In this document: piece after piece, positions 1 to 10,595 of the stretch
Layout of the letters: each line of letters starts with the position of its first letter
Numbering within the stretch: position 1 is the stretch's first letter
DNA from: Nitrospirota bacterium
GTDB taxonomy: Bacteria; Nitrospirota; Thermodesulfovibrionia; Thermodesulfovibrionales; Dissulfurispiraceae
Direction of reading: 5' to 3'
Assembly (NCBI GenBank): GCA_963710375.1
Contig: CAVPZX010000003.1
Span: 1-64,000, forward strand
DNA: 64,000 bases
Position numbers and translations under genes: made by a program
Notes under the pieces: model-generated
The model's database searches: none
What the model saw: the letters and a program-made list of their open reading frames with translations, nothing else
Told to the model about the DNA's origin: nothing

Positions 1-1068
1 CCGCAACACCACCGACTGACCCTCCATGCGGCCCACCATGTAAAACGGCAGGCGCGGTTTACCTCTTAGCGCCATCTCAAGAAGGTTGTCCTGGATGCCC
101 TGCTCGATGGTCTTTCTAAGCTCGCTTTGTATCTCAAAATACCGGTCCGCAGGACACAGGCCGCCGATCCCCTGATGGGGCCTTTTGTGGTTATAATATT
201 TCACCCACTGCCGTATCCGCTCTACTGCATCCTCAAAGCTCCCGAACTGGGCCCGGCTTAGGAACTCCACAAAGATCGTTTTCCAGAACCGCTCGATTTT
301 GCCTAACGTCATAGGATGGTGAGGCCGTGATTTGATGTGATGGATTTTGTCTTTCTTCAACTCCAGCTCAAAGCGGCTGTTGCCGCGCCAGCTCGTGTAC
401 TGCCGCCCATTATCCGTAAGCATCTCTTTCGGAGGGTTGTACTCGGAAGCCGCCCGACGATACACTTCAATTACGTTCTGGGCCGTCTGGCTCCTAAAAA
501 GCTCCAGCCCCGTTATATAACGGGAATAATCGTCGATAAAGCCGATCAGAAACGCATATCGACCCCCAAGGCGAAACGTAAAGATGTCCGTCTGCCAAAG
601 CTGGTTCGGGGTTGAGCGCTCGAAAAACCGGGGGCGGGTGATATTGCGCTGCCGCTTCTTGGGTGGGGCAGTCATTAGGGATTCGGAGTGCAGAGTCTTA
701 CGAACCGTCTCAGGGCTGGCTGTAAGAAAAAACGCTCTCTTTAGAAGTTGCGAAATGCGCTTAATACCGAACAGTGGGTTGGCTTCTTTGAGTTCGACAA
801 TCTTCTGCTTCACAGGAGAGGGAAGTCCGCGCCCATTGCCATTGCGTCTTATTGCAAGGCCAGCCTCACCTTCACTACGATATGCGCGCACCCAGCGTCT
901 TACCGAATTAATGCTAATCCCGCATTCCTGCCGGATCACCTCAATAGGGACGCTCTCCTCAAGGAACTTCTTGACTACTTGAAGCTTAAAGTCGGCTCCG
1001 TAACGCCTGCTTCTGGCTGGAACCTTCTTCTTTGCACTGCCTCTTTGTAAACTCTTAACTTGTTCCAT
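1..1068 (-). CDS. IS481-like DDE transposase (N-terminal HTH + rve core), truncated by window edge
   Basis: Not in ORF track because it has no stop in the window. Read manually from ATG at 1068 (GGAG upstream): MEQVKSLQRGSAKKKVPARSRRYGADFKLQVVKKFL...WQTDIFTF...FIDDYSRYI...MLTDNGRQY...HPMTLGKIERFWKT...YNHKRPHQG, i.e. D-D-E core motifs. Confidence 0.9.
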   Translation of the reverse strand, partial: MEQVKSLQRGSAKKKVPARSRRYGADFKLQVVKKFLEESVPIEVIRQECGISINSVRRWVRAYRSEGEAGLAIRRNGNGRGLPSPVKQKIVELKEANPLFGIKRISQLLKRAFFLTASPETVRKTLHSESLMTAPPKKRQRNITRPRFFERSTPNQLWQTDIFTFRLGGRYAFLIGFIDDYSRYITGLELFRSQTAQNVIEVYRRAASEYNPPKEMLTDNGRQYTSWRGNSRFELELKKDKIHHIKSRPHHPMTLGKIERFWKTIFVEFLSRAQFGSFEDAVERIRQWVKYYNHKRPHQGIGGLCPADRYFEIQSELRKTIEQGIQDNLLEMALRGKPRLPFYMVGRMEGQSVVLR

Positions 1069-1153
1069 CAATGACACTCCTTTCGTTTTCCTAAACTTGG
1101 AGTGTCACCCTATTTCCTCAAATCCTTGGTATCATAAACTGGTCGTTAGCACA
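1..1153 (-). mobile_element. IS481-like insertion sequence, one end visible
   Basis: Minus strand begins TGTGCTAACGACCAGTTTATGATACC at 1153; TGT terminus is typical of IS481 family; other end lies outside the window. Confidence 0.55.
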
Positions 1154-1203
1154 AAATATATGAAATTGGCAGAGGCTCAAATATAAGATAGTGGTGCAGA
1201 AAC

Positions 1204-1243
1204 AAAGGAAATTGGGATGCGTCCCTAATTTCGAATTTCCTTT
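1204..1243. repeat. Short palindromic (REP-like) hairpin
   Basis: AAAGGAAATTGGGA-TGCG-TCCCTAATTTC-GAATTTCCTTT nested inverted repeat. Confidence 0.45.
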
Positions 1244-1445
1244 AACTGTCTTTATCAAGAATATCTTTTTTTTAATAATAAATAGCAGGAGGAATTTTGA
1301 ATAAGAAGATTGTTGATAAAGTTTATCTTATTATTACTGCGCTTACTGGTTATATAATTCTATGGACTTATTCTTTCCTAATGGGTAAAACGACGAACAA
1401 CTTTTCCCCAGGGGTGTACTCATCTTATTACCTCTCGCAGCTCTG

Positions 1446-1748
1446 TCAAACCGGCCTCGTCCTCTTTAGTCTCTTTAAATCATCCGCATTAAATACAATA
1501 TTCTTCCCCAGTCGTTCAGATTTAAGAGTACCTTCTTTGGCCCATCTCCTGACGGTTATCTCAGCGACTTCAAGGTACTCAGCAGCTTCCTTAATAGTGA
1601 ATGGGGACTGCCGTATGTCTCCGAAGACCTCTTCGTGCGTGTAGAGTTTTTTCTCAAAACCCTGCCGTGCGATAACGGCAAACAGCTTCTCCCTTTCGTC
1701 CACAGGCATGTTCACTATCTCTTTATATACCTTCTCCGCGGTTATCAC
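1446..1748 (-). CDS. Excisionase-type HTH DNA-binding protein, probable antitoxin
   Basis: C-terminal FTIKEAAEYLEVAEITVRRWAKEGTLKSERLG = HTH_17-like motif; directly downstream of a RelE/ParE gene. Confidence 0.8.
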   Translation of the reverse strand: MITAEKVYKEIVNMPVDEREKLFAVIARQGFEKKLYTHEEVFGDIRQSPFTIKEAAEYLEVAEITVRRWAKEGTLKSERLGKNIVFNADDLKRLKRTRPV

Positions 1749-1750
1749 AG

Positions 1751-2035
1751 TTATTCCACCTCCCTGACATATCGCTTAAGGTTTTTATAGAAATTCTCAT
1801 GGGTGTCTATCATATACGCGGTAATGGAACCACCCTGTTCCCTATATGCAATTAAATATTCCTGTCTCCTGAAAGTGAATTTATGTACACGGAACCCTGC
1901 CAGGTCTCCACTTTTTTCCTCGCCTATCGTGGGATTCTTATAAATTTTTTCGATCTCATCCTCAATGGCCAGCTGAAACGGCCGTGGCAGCTTTTTCACA
2001 TACTTCCTGATCGCGGCTTTATAGAATAGTTGCAT
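1751..2035 (-). CDS. RelE/ParE-family type II toxin
   Basis: MQLFYKAAIRKYVKKL...NPTIGEEKSGDLAGFRVHKF...YLIAY...THENFYKNLK; ATG at 2035 preferred. Confidence 0.85.
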   Translation of the reverse strand: MQLFYKAAIRKYVKKLPRPFQLAIEDEIEKIYKNPTIGEEKSGDLAGFRVHKFTFRRQEYLIAYREQGGSITAYMIDTHENFYKNLKRYVREVE

Positions 2036-2579
2036 GATTAATAAAATGATAAGATATATTATCATTTAATGTCAAGGCACCAAATTAAAAAAAGTGAATC
2101 TCACCGTATCGGTGCCCGCAATTGCCAAGAATAGTCCAGGATGCACTAATTATTGTTTGTAACCTTCATAGTAGCAATGTTCGCGACGAGTGTTGTTCCT
2201 GTGAGCACTCTGCCATGAGGAATAATTTCATTTTATGCTTAATCCAACATCTGACGGACCAAAATCTACCGGCATTCCTTTAACTGCCACATGGCAGTTT
2301 ATTGAGCGATTCTCTCTTTATTTCACTTCAAACATATCGCTGAACTTCTCTTTTACGACGTGAATTTTTATTGTGGAGAAAGGAATACCATAAATATTCG
2401 GCAGCCGGTTTTCGACGCAGTTGTCTTTCAAATCGTCGGTGAATTCAGCGAGTTGAAACTTTCTTTTTCTTAGATCAGCACTCCCTATTTCCCTCCCACA
2501 ATTTAGTGTAGGGCATGGTATAATTCAATCAATCTTTATGGGGTTGACTTTCAATGGTGAGGATAAAGGTGAGGGATAG

Positions 2580-3431
2580 ATGAAGCGGATCGGGATTATA
2601 TGCAAAACCGGCAAGACGGAACTTGCCGGGATATTGAAGCCGCTTCTCCCATGGCTCGGAAACAAGGGTTATGAAGTGTTTATCGATATTGAAACGGCGG
2701 CGCTCTTTGGGGCTGAGGGACATCCCAGGGCGCAGATACCATCGCTCGTAGATATGGTCCTTGTCTTCGGCGGTGACGGGACCATGCTCGGCGTTACCAG
2801 GCTTATAGGTGATAGAGGGGTGCCGATACTCGGAGTCAACCTGGGAGGTCTTGGTTTTATTACCGAGGTGAACAGGGATGAGCTGTTTGATGTCATCGAT
2901 GAGATATTGTCTGGCAACTGCTCCATCGAAGAGCGTATCATGCTCACGGCCCGTGTCAACCGCAATGGTAAGGTGGCAGCGGATTTTACCGTCTTAAACG
3001 ATGTGGTCTTCAATAAAGGGGCGCTGGCAAGAATTATAGAACTCGAAACATACATAAGCAGCAACTACGTGACAACATTCAAGGCCGATGGGCTTATCAT
3101 AGCCACTCCCACAGGGTCTACCGCTTACTCACTTGCCGCCGGGGGACCGATACTATACCCCACTCTTAACAGTATAGTGCTTACTCCAATATGCTCGCAC
3201 ACACTGACTAACCGGACGATTGTCCTGCCCGACAACGTTACTGTTCTGGTCACGCTCAGGTCGGCGAGTGAGGATGTCTATCTCACAATGGACGGCCAAA
3301 TAGGTTTTTCGCTAAAGAAAGACGACACTGTGGAGATAATGAAGGCTGCTTATACCACCAGACTTCTAATACCCAGCAAGCGGGATTACTTTCAGGTATT
3401 AAGGACAAAATTGAAATGGGGCGAAAGATAG
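2580..3431 (+). CDS. nadK: NAD(+) kinase
   Basis: GGDGT, GVNLGGLGF, LNDVV, ADGLIIATPTGSTAYSLAAGGP motifs. Confidence 0.97.
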   Translation: MKRIGIICKTGKTELAGILKPLLPWLGNKGYEVFIDIETAALFGAEGHPRAQIPSLVDMVLVFGGDGTMLGVTRLIGDRGVPILGVNLGGLGFITEVNRDELFDVIDEILSGNCSIEERIMLTARVNRNGKVAADFTVLNDVVFNKGALARIIELETYISSNYVTTFKADGLIIATPTGSTAYSLAAGGPILYPTLNSIVLTPICSHTLTNRTIVLPDNVTVLVTLRSASEDVYLTMDGQIGFSLKKDDTVEIMKAAYTTRLLIPSKRDYFQVLRTKLKWGER

Positions 3432-3550
3432 GCTTTGTAAGAAATCCATATGCGGCGTTGCGCTGCTTTCTTCGTCACTGCAGCGTACCTGAAGTACGCC
3501 TCATTCCTCAGAACTTGCGCGTCTTGCCTATGGACTTCTTACAAAGCCTA
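3429..3550. mobile_element. MITE-like element family A, copy 1 (divergent ends)
   Basis: Terminal IR TAGGCTTTGTAAGAAATCCATA...TATGGACTTCTTACAAAGCCTA; interior homologous to copies at 49720, 54287, 61168. Confidence 0.85.
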
Positions 3551-3572
3551 AAATTTGTATAAGGAGCATTCG

Positions 3573-4295
3573 ATGTTGAAGAGTTTGCGAATGGTGCTTG
3601 AGTTTTATGGTGAACTCGGGTTTGAGAGGCTGCCGATGAATTATTGCGCCGTACTGCAGGAAGAGTGCATACCCGAAGGACCGGTGCCGGTTACCCCTTG
3701 CCCTGCACCTGAAAGAGAAGCAGCCCTTAAATCATTGCGTGGTCTGATCGGAGATTGCACGCGGTGCAAACTCTCGAAGGGAAGAACAAAAATTGTCTTC
3801 GGCGAGGGCAATGCCAACACCCGCATTATGTTTATCGGCGAGGGACCCGGAAAGGAAGAGGATATACAAGGGAGGCCCTTTGTCGGGGATGCAGGTCAAC
3901 TGCTCACGAGGCTAATTGAAAAAATGGGTCTTAAACGTGAAGATGTCTACATTGCCAATATCGTCAAATGCAGGCCGCCGATGAACCGGGATCCCCAGGA
4001 AGATGAGATTGCAACCTGTTTCCCTTTTCTTGAAAAGCAGATCGAAATTATTGCGCCGAGAGTGATTGTTTCACTCGGGAAAATAGCTGCCTATGTCCTG
4101 TTGGGTATATCAGGCCCTATAACCAAGTTTTTCATAACTAGGATACGGGGAAGTTTCAGCGAGTATAAAGGCATCCCTGTCATGCCCACTTTTCACCCGG
4201 CATACCTGCTCAGGAACCCGCGGGATAAATGGCTGACATGGGAGGATGCTCAGGCGGTCCTGAAAAAACTTGAATCATTGGAAAACGGCTTATGA
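3573..4295 (+). CDS. Uracil-DNA glycosylase, family 4 (Fe-S)
   Basis: CTRCKL, FIGEGPG, GRPFVG, NIVKCRPP, TFHPAYLLR; ATG 3573 after AAGGAG. Confidence 0.95.
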   Translation: MLKSLRMVLEFYGELGFERLPMNYCAVLQEECIPEGPVPVTPCPAPEREAALKSLRGLIGDCTRCKLSKGRTKIVFGEGNANTRIMFIGEGPGKEEDIQGRPFVGDAGQLLTRLIEKMGLKREDVYIANIVKCRPPMNRDPQEDEIATCFPFLEKQIEIIAPRVIVSLGKIAAYVLLGISGPITKFFITRIRGSFSEYKGIPVMPTFHPAYLLRNPRDKWLTWEDAQAVLKKLESLENGL

Positions 4296-4783
4296 AAGCA
4301 CTCTGGGCGCCATGGAGAATGGAGTATATTCTAGGCCCGAAAGGTTCCGAATGCCTGTTTTGTGCAAGGCCCGCGGAACAGAAAGACAGGGAGAACCTTA
4401 TACTTTACAGGGGCAGTCACTCGTACGTGATTATGAATAAATATCCATATAGCAATGGGCATCTTATGGTGGTCCCATATGTCCATACCTCATCCCTTGA
4501 CAACCTCTCTGACGCCGACATGCTCGACATTATGAAACTTGCAAAGCTTTCAACTGATTGCCTGACAAAGGCCTTCCGTCCCGAGGGCTTTAATGTTGGA
4601 ATTAATATAGGCGAGGCTGCCGGCGCGGGAATCGAGGAGCATCTGCACATGCATATTGTACCCAGATGGGCCGGAGATTCGAACTTCATGACGATCACCG
4701 GCGAGATACGGGTCATACCGGAGCATATACTCGACACCTATGACAAACTTTACCCCCTTTTTGCAGCCTGCGGAGAGAAATAA
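4292..4783 (+). CDS. HIT-family nucleotide hydrolase
   Basis: LWAPWRMEYI, CLFC, NKYPYSNGHLM, HLHMHIVPRW. Confidence 0.95.
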   Translation: MKALWAPWRMEYILGPKGSECLFCARPAEQKDRENLILYRGSHSYVIMNKYPYSNGHLMVVPYVHTSSLDNLSDADMLDIMKLAKLSTDCLTKAFRPEGFNVGINIGEAAGAGIEEHLHMHIVPRWAGDSNFMTITGEIRVIPEHILDTYDKLYPLFAACGEK

Positions 4784-5077
4784 GAAAAGAAGCTGAGGCG
4801 TTGATAAATCTATTTCTTCATGTTAGTATTTGCTCAAAAGCATGTCGCCGATGATTTTTCAACTATCCAGCTACTCGTTCAATTTATGGGCAATTCCCGT
4901 TGCCTGTGTCGTGCTCACCCTCGCATTGCTTTCACTGAAACTTTTTTATCAAGGGCGTCTTGAGCGGACCAGATTGACGCTGTTGATTTTCGGATTAATC
5001 CGGCCTAACTTTTCTGATTATTCTGACCCTTTCGTTTTAGCCTGACCCATTGGGGGCATTTCTGCCCCCTGCACAGA

Positions 5078-5887
5078 TCAGATGATTTCTGTTGACGCGA
5101 CACGAACATGGTCTGCGGATACGGCCGTACATTTTTCTGCGGCGGCGGCCACCAGTGACCCACGGGCAAGATTGTTGGCTCTCCTGAGCAGTCCGCCTGA
5201 ACCCTGATGTATTGCCGTGACAGCCTGTTCCGAGAACAGATTCTTTTTGCATCCGGCGATATTCTGATGGTGCTGCAAATAGGTAGCCATATCTTCGGCA
5301 TTAAGAGATTCCATATGGCCCCTTGCTACTACACGTGATGCCAGAGGCCTTGATTGGCGGAACATCAGACTGTCCATGAGATTATTCTGTCCGGCAAGCA
5401 CTACTGGCAGCACGGATTTGGAATCTCCTTCGAACTGTACCAATGTATGCAGCTCCGAGAAGACATCAAGGCGTATAAGTGATGCTTCGTCTATGATAAG
5501 CACGGGTTTCTCTTTCTTATCGACGAGTTCCATAATACAGCTTTTTATAATTCTGCTGAGTATAGCTTTTGAGCTGCCTTTCACTTCTATGTTCAGGGCA
5601 TGGCATATCTGCTTATATAGTTCTGCGATGGTTCCTGATGTGGCCGTAACATATAGCACGCGATATTCCGAAGGGTGCAGCGTTGAGGAGGCAAAACGCA
5701 ATGCTGATGATTTACCGCTGCCTACGTCGCCGGTGATGATTGCTATGGCTCCAAGGTTCACAGCATAAAGGAAGCGCTCTTTTACACCAACGAGACCGGC
5801 ATGTTTCATCATGTCTTCTACTCTTATATCCGGCGAGAAGGGTTCTTTTTTGAAACCGAAGAATACTCTGTAGTGTTCCCTGCTCAT
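5078..5887 (-). CDS. ExeA-like AAA ATPase (transposition helper)
   Basis: Walker A GDVGSGKS, Walker B LIIDEA, VLAGQ, SGGLLRRANNL. Confidence 0.92.
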   Translation of the reverse strand: MSREHYRVFFGFKKEPFSPDIRVEDMMKHAGLVGVKERFLYAVNLGAIAIITGDVGSGKSSALRFASSTLHPSEYRVLYVTATSGTIAELYKQICHALNIEVKGSSKAILSRIIKSCIMELVDKKEKPVLIIDEASLIRLDVFSELHTLVQFEGDSKSVLPVVLAGQNNLMDSLMFRQSRPLASRVVARGHMESLNAEDMATYLQHHQNIAGCKKNLFSEQAVTAIHQGSGGLLRRANNLARGSLVAAAAEKCTAVSADHVRVASTEII

Positions 5888-7212
5888 GATTGTCCCTCCT
5901 CTGTATTGTCTTTTCCGAACAGTTTTCCGCCATCGTACCGGCCAGTAGAGTCGTCGCCGATTTCAAAAGTATCCCTGCCCCTGGTGCCTTTGTCCCTTCT
6001 GACACGATAGTTGACGTTTACATCGAGCATGACTGCAAACCCATATGTCTTACCGTCATGGGTAATCTCCATCCGGGCAGGATCATGTTTATGGTACAAG
6101 AGAGTTACCCGTTTGCCGATGAGGCCGACGGGGACCTCATACAAACGGCCCTCTATCGCAACGGTCCTGTCTTTTGCCACTGTTCGTTTTGCCGTTTTCC
6201 TGAAATGGTCTTCGAGGTTTTTAGGGGCCGGTCGTACACACTCTATATTGCGAATGAATCTCTTGAAGGGTTCTTCTTTCGTGATGCTATGGATTTTTTC
6301 ATTGTAAGATTCAATCCATTGCCGGAGTGATTCATTGAGCCCATCCAAAGTCGTTGCTTTCTGGACACTCAGCAGTTGTTCACGCACTGTACGAAAGATG
6401 CGTTCTACTTTGCCGCGACCTTCAGGCTGATAAGGTTTTGAGTGTATAAGCACAATGCCCAAGGAGGCGCAGGTATGTTCAAGATGATGGCTCCTGAAAG
6501 CAGAGCCGTTGTCTACGTATAGTTTCCTTGGGACCCCTCTTTTCAGCAGCGCCTTTCTGAAACAGTCCAGGAAACATTCCAGTTTTTCGTGCAGGTAAAA
6601 CTCCGCGTGCAAGACCAGCCTGCTCATGTCATCCACAAAACACAGCAAGTAGGCCTTGCGTTGTTTATCTTCAACCGTTACAGATGGGCCATGCATGATG
6701 TCAGACTGCCACAGGTCATTTGGGTTTTCTGCCTCGAATCTCCGGCGGTCCTGCGGGTCACCATCACCGGGAACTTTTTGCAAAAGTCCTTCCGCTAATA
6801 ACAAACGATAAAGCGCCGAATATGTTACCTTCATTCCCGGCAATATAATCTTACGGCCATGTGCCTCTTGCAGGAGAGTCGGCAATAAGACCGCCGGCAT
6901 CTCTTTCCTCAACGCAATCAGTCCCTGCGCCGTCTCCGGATCAATCGCACGTGTCTTGCCGCGATCACAACGCTCTTGAGGATATAATGCTTCAAGCTTG
7001 TTGCCTGCAAGTTTGTACCTGGCTATCCATTCCTTGATCGTAGATTCTCCGATCCGTGTCCGCATACTGCCTGGTATTATCCACCGCCGGGCGCACTTCT
7101 CCCGTATCAGGCGCTCCGTCTCTCCCCGTTCCAACTGCCCGCCCCCTACAAAATCAGCAATGACTCCAAATCTGAACACCGCCACCCGCTGCTTCATCTC
7201 TTCCGTCATCAA
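5884..7212 (-). CDS. DDE transposase with N-terminal HTH and Mu-transposase-like C-terminus
   Basis: LWQSDIMH, FVDDMSR, LYVDNGSAF, PEGRGKVERIF, YNEKIHS, RTVAKDRTVAIEGRLYEVP. Confidence 0.95.
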   Translation of the reverse strand: MMTEEMKQRVAVFRFGVIADFVGGGQLERGETERLIREKCARRWIIPGSMRTRIGESTIKEWIARYKLAGNKLEALYPQERCDRGKTRAIDPETAQGLIALRKEMPAVLLPTLLQEAHGRKIILPGMKVTYSALYRLLLAEGLLQKVPGDGDPQDRRRFEAENPNDLWQSDIMHGPSVTVEDKQRKAYLLCFVDDMSRLVLHAEFYLHEKLECFLDCFRKALLKRGVPRKLYVDNGSAFRSHHLEHTCASLGIVLIHSKPYQPEGRGKVERIFRTVREQLLSVQKATTLDGLNESLRQWIESYNEKIHSITKEEPFKRFIRNIECVRPAPKNLEDHFRKTAKRTVAKDRTVAIEGRLYEVPVGLIGKRVTLLYHKHDPARMEITHDGKTYGFAVMLDVNVNYRVRRDKGTRGRDTFEIGDDSTGRYDGGKLFGKDNTEEGQS

Positions 7213-7312
7213 AAACCTCCTCGTTATTGATGATGAAGATTTACCACAACGAATTCCTCTGCGTCACCGCAACTCTTGGGGGGATTCTTAATAACTTGAA
7301 ACTATTTGCGTT

Positions 7313-7765
7313 TTATCCTGCCCGCGCTACCGGGATCCTGCCCCGATACACCAGTTCATAGAATCCCTCAATATAATCACCTCCAAAATCCATCCCAAGA
7401 TGCGCTTTTATGTTTCTGCTTAAGGCACGAAGCCAGTGCTGGCGGCGTTGCCGGCTCAACAGGCCATTCATCTGCCATATACCATCTTGCATTCGCTGGG
7501 AAACACTGCTTAAAATTGCAACCGCAGAAACCTGGAAACGAGGCCAGTATCCAAAAGGTCGCAATGTGTAAATACAGCCGCAGTCTGCACAGACATATCG
7601 CTTTAGTGGCAAAGCCGAGGAGTAGCCGTCATAAAGTTTATCTTTGAAACCATGCCCCCAGATTCTCGTGCTTCCGCATTGCAAACAAGTCGGCGGGCGC
7701 GGAAAGGGATACTTCTTGCCAAGATCAAATAATTGCTTGATACAAACCATCAGAAAAAGTGACAA
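7313..7765 (-). CDS. Zn-ribbon protein (DUF6431-like) of the transposon
   Basis: CLQCG...IWGHG...RYVCADCG...LRP; first gene inside the element. Confidence 0.75.
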   Translation of the reverse strand: MSLFLMVCIKQLFDLGKKYPFPRPPTCLQCGSTRIWGHGFKDKLYDGYSSALPLKRYVCADCGCIYTLRPFGYWPRFQVSAVAILSSVSQRMQDGIWQMNGLLSRQRRQHWLRALSRNIKAHLGMDFGGDYIEGFYELVYRGRIPVARAG

Positions 7766-10595
7766 TAAATCTCCTTTTGTCCGGGGCTGTGGAGATTCTC
7801 CTCCGTCAAGATGTGAAACTCCCTGCCTCGGGCGCTTTCCTAAATTGTTAATCCGGTTATTTTAAAACGAATAGATTAAAAGGTGGGTTTGATTATTGCG
7901 ATTAAAACGCTGCTAATTGGACTGGCTTAATTCGGAAAACAACAGACGCTCAACCTGCTGACATTCTTTGTCTTGATATGGCAGATCTCATTTTTCTTTA
8001 TGTATAGTGCAGCCAATGCAAACGTTGCTTTTTGGTGGGCAAAAGCAGCCTATCTCGGGGTACCTTTCATTCCCGCCGCTTTTTATTTGTTCGTCATTAC
8101 CTCATTGAACATCTATGAAAAGCATAAACGGCTTAACGCCCTGACCTGGGCAGTATTCTTGTGTTTTTCCATTCTCATGTCAGATACGGACCTGATCGTC
8201 AGCAAGGTAAATCATTTTCCATGGGGGTATTACCCTCATTTCACCTTGTGGAGCATGATGTTCCTGGTCCCTTTCGGGATTGTCATGGGGATGAGCTACC
8301 GCAAACTTCTACTGGCCTATAAGCGAGAAATACACAGCCACAAACAGCGCCTTCGCATCAGGTCATTTCTCCTTGCTTTTGTTATTGGAGGATTGGCGGT
8401 CATTGATTATCTGGCGGCATTTGATCTGGACATATATCCAGCCGGTTACATTGCGGTATTGGTCAGCTTCGTCATTCTCAGGAGGACTGTTGTAAAAAAC
8501 AGGCTTATCGATATAACCCCTACGTTTGCGGCGCAGGGTATTCTCGATACAATGGATGAAGCCCTGATAGCAATTGATGCGGAGGGAATTATCAGGCTGA
8601 TCAATCGTGCAACAACGGTGATGTTGGGACGGTCGCAAAAGGAACTTCTCGGGAGACCGTATTCCGTTATTTTTGGTGAAGGCGTTTTGCCGGCGCTTGA
8701 CGGAAGCGCCTCATCCGATAGCGTAAACTGTTACGAATTATCCTATGCGAGACAAGACGGCGGCCCGCAAATCCTCAGTGTGTCTGCATCGTCGATGAAA
8801 GACGACGGCGGGAGCGTTATAGCCACTGTTTGCACAGTCAGGGACATTACAAAGATCAAACTGATCGAATCACACCTTAGGGATGCGCAAGATATCCTCG
8901 AAAAAAAAATCGAAGAGCGCACCCTCGCGTTAAAGTCGGCCAACGAACAATTGAGCCGCGAAATACAAGAACGGTTATCGGCGGAAGAGGCCTTGCGCAA
9001 GAGCGAGGAGATGTACCGGCTCTTGACAGACATTTCACCTAATGCAATAACTTTTGCGGATCCGTCAGGTATCATACGCATGCGAAATCGCCGCGCCCTC
9101 GAATTGTTTGGAAATGAAGACGATGCCGAGGTGCTTGGCCGGAGCATATTCGACTGGGTAGCTCCTGAGGACCGCAAACGCGCTGCCTCTGCATTGCAGA
9201 CCTTCCTGAAGGACGGCAGTGTTACAAACGTTGAGCTTACTCTTCTAAGGAGGGACGGATCGTCCTTCTCCGGCCTTATCAGCGCCGCATTGCTTCGAGG
9301 TCCTCACGACAATCCTCAGATGTCGATAATCTTGACGACCGATGTTACGCATCAGAAGCTGATGGAGGAGGAGCGACTGAAGTTTCAGAAACTGGAGGCG
9401 ATCGGGACACTGGCCGGAGGGATTGCGCACGATTTCAACAACCTGCTACAAGGGGTGTTCGGGTATATCTCTATGGCCAAGATGGCTTACGACGACAAGG
9501 AACGCTTTCTTGTAATGCTCGAGCAGGCAGAAAAAGCGCTGCATATGTCTGTAAACCTGACCACTCAGCTTTTGACTTTCTCTAAGGGTGGAAAACCGAT
9601 CAAAAAGAAGATTCCTCTCCAGTCAGTGATCGAGAACTCAGTAAAGTTCGCGTTGAGCGGTTCCAGGGCTGATTACCAAATCGAACTAGACGCAGACCTC
9701 TGCCAGGTGGAGGCAGATGAAGGACAGATAGGGCAGGTAATTCAGAACCTCGTGCTCAATGCCGACCAGTCGATGCCCCTGGGAGGCACTATAGTTATCA
9801 CTGCAAAGAATCTGCCTGTGTTGAGAAAGGGAATTCCACAACTGCCGGAAGAAGGGAAATATGTCGAAATCTCTGTCCAGGACAATGGAGTCGGCATTTC
9901 CAGTGAGTACCTGCCGAAAATATTCGATCCATATTTTACGACTAAGGCGAAGGGGAGCGGCCTTGGACTGGCGACGTGCTATGCTATCGTCAAAAACCAT
10001 GGTGGTGTAATTCATGTCTCATCAAAACTGGGCAAGGGCACTACGTTTCATGTTTATCTTCCTGCAGTTGAAGCGGAAAAAGAGGCCGCTGAGGCATCTG
10101 AACTCTCCAACTTTATCCGCAAGGGGAGGATACTGCTTATGGATGACGAGGAACTGATAAGGGATGTCGCAGGAAGAATGATAGAGGTCTTTGGGCATGA
10201 AGTGGACTTCGCTGAACATGGAGAAGCGGCCATTGAGAAATACGAAGCCGCTATGGAGTCAGGCAATCCTTTTGATATTGTCATCCTGGATCTGACTATC
10301 CGGGGTGGGATGGGAGGAAAAGAGACTGTTAAGCATCTACTTGCAGCGGATCCCAAGATCAAGGCTATTGTATCGAGCGGTTATTCGGATGATGCCGTGG
10401 TATCTGATTATCGTAATTATGGTTTTAGTGCTCGTCTGACAAAGCCCTACAAGCTTCGGGAGCTGAGCGATACGCTCAATAACCTGATGAGCCGGTGAAT
10501 GAATCGATTACAATAATCGATACACTGTCGCTCTGGCCCGCTACCCAAGCCTTTTGCGGCTTGACTAGGGCTTTTGACCTATGTAAACTAAACTG

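Larger units (their letters stand above)
4981..7944 (-). mobile_element. 2,964-bp three-gene transposon (Zn-ribbon protein, DDE transposase, ExeA-like AAA ATPase)
   Basis: Imperfect IR ends TGTTGATTTTCGGATTAATCCGG / TGTTGTTTTCCGAATTAAGCCAG; 5-bp direct repeat GACGC at 4976-4980 and 7945-7949. Confidence 0.95.
4842..10498 (+). pseudogene. Hybrid sensor kinase (7TM-PAS-PAS-HisKA-HATPase-REC) interrupted by transposon
   Basis: 5' part 4842-4980 joins in frame to 7950-10498 when the element and one TSD are removed (...ERTRLT|LNLLTFFVLIWQIS...); LAGGIAHDFNN, N/G1/F/G2 boxes, receiver LLMDDE...ILD. Confidence 0.92.

Noticed and set aside
337..1050. Plus-strand ORFs 337-615, 584-982, 748-1050
   Set aside because: Antisense shadows of the minus-strand transposase
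2100..2520. AT-rich intergenic region with palindrome AACTGCCA-CA-TGGCAGTT (~2282-2299)
   Set aside because: No recognisable ORF or RNA family; a single palindrome is insufficient for a call
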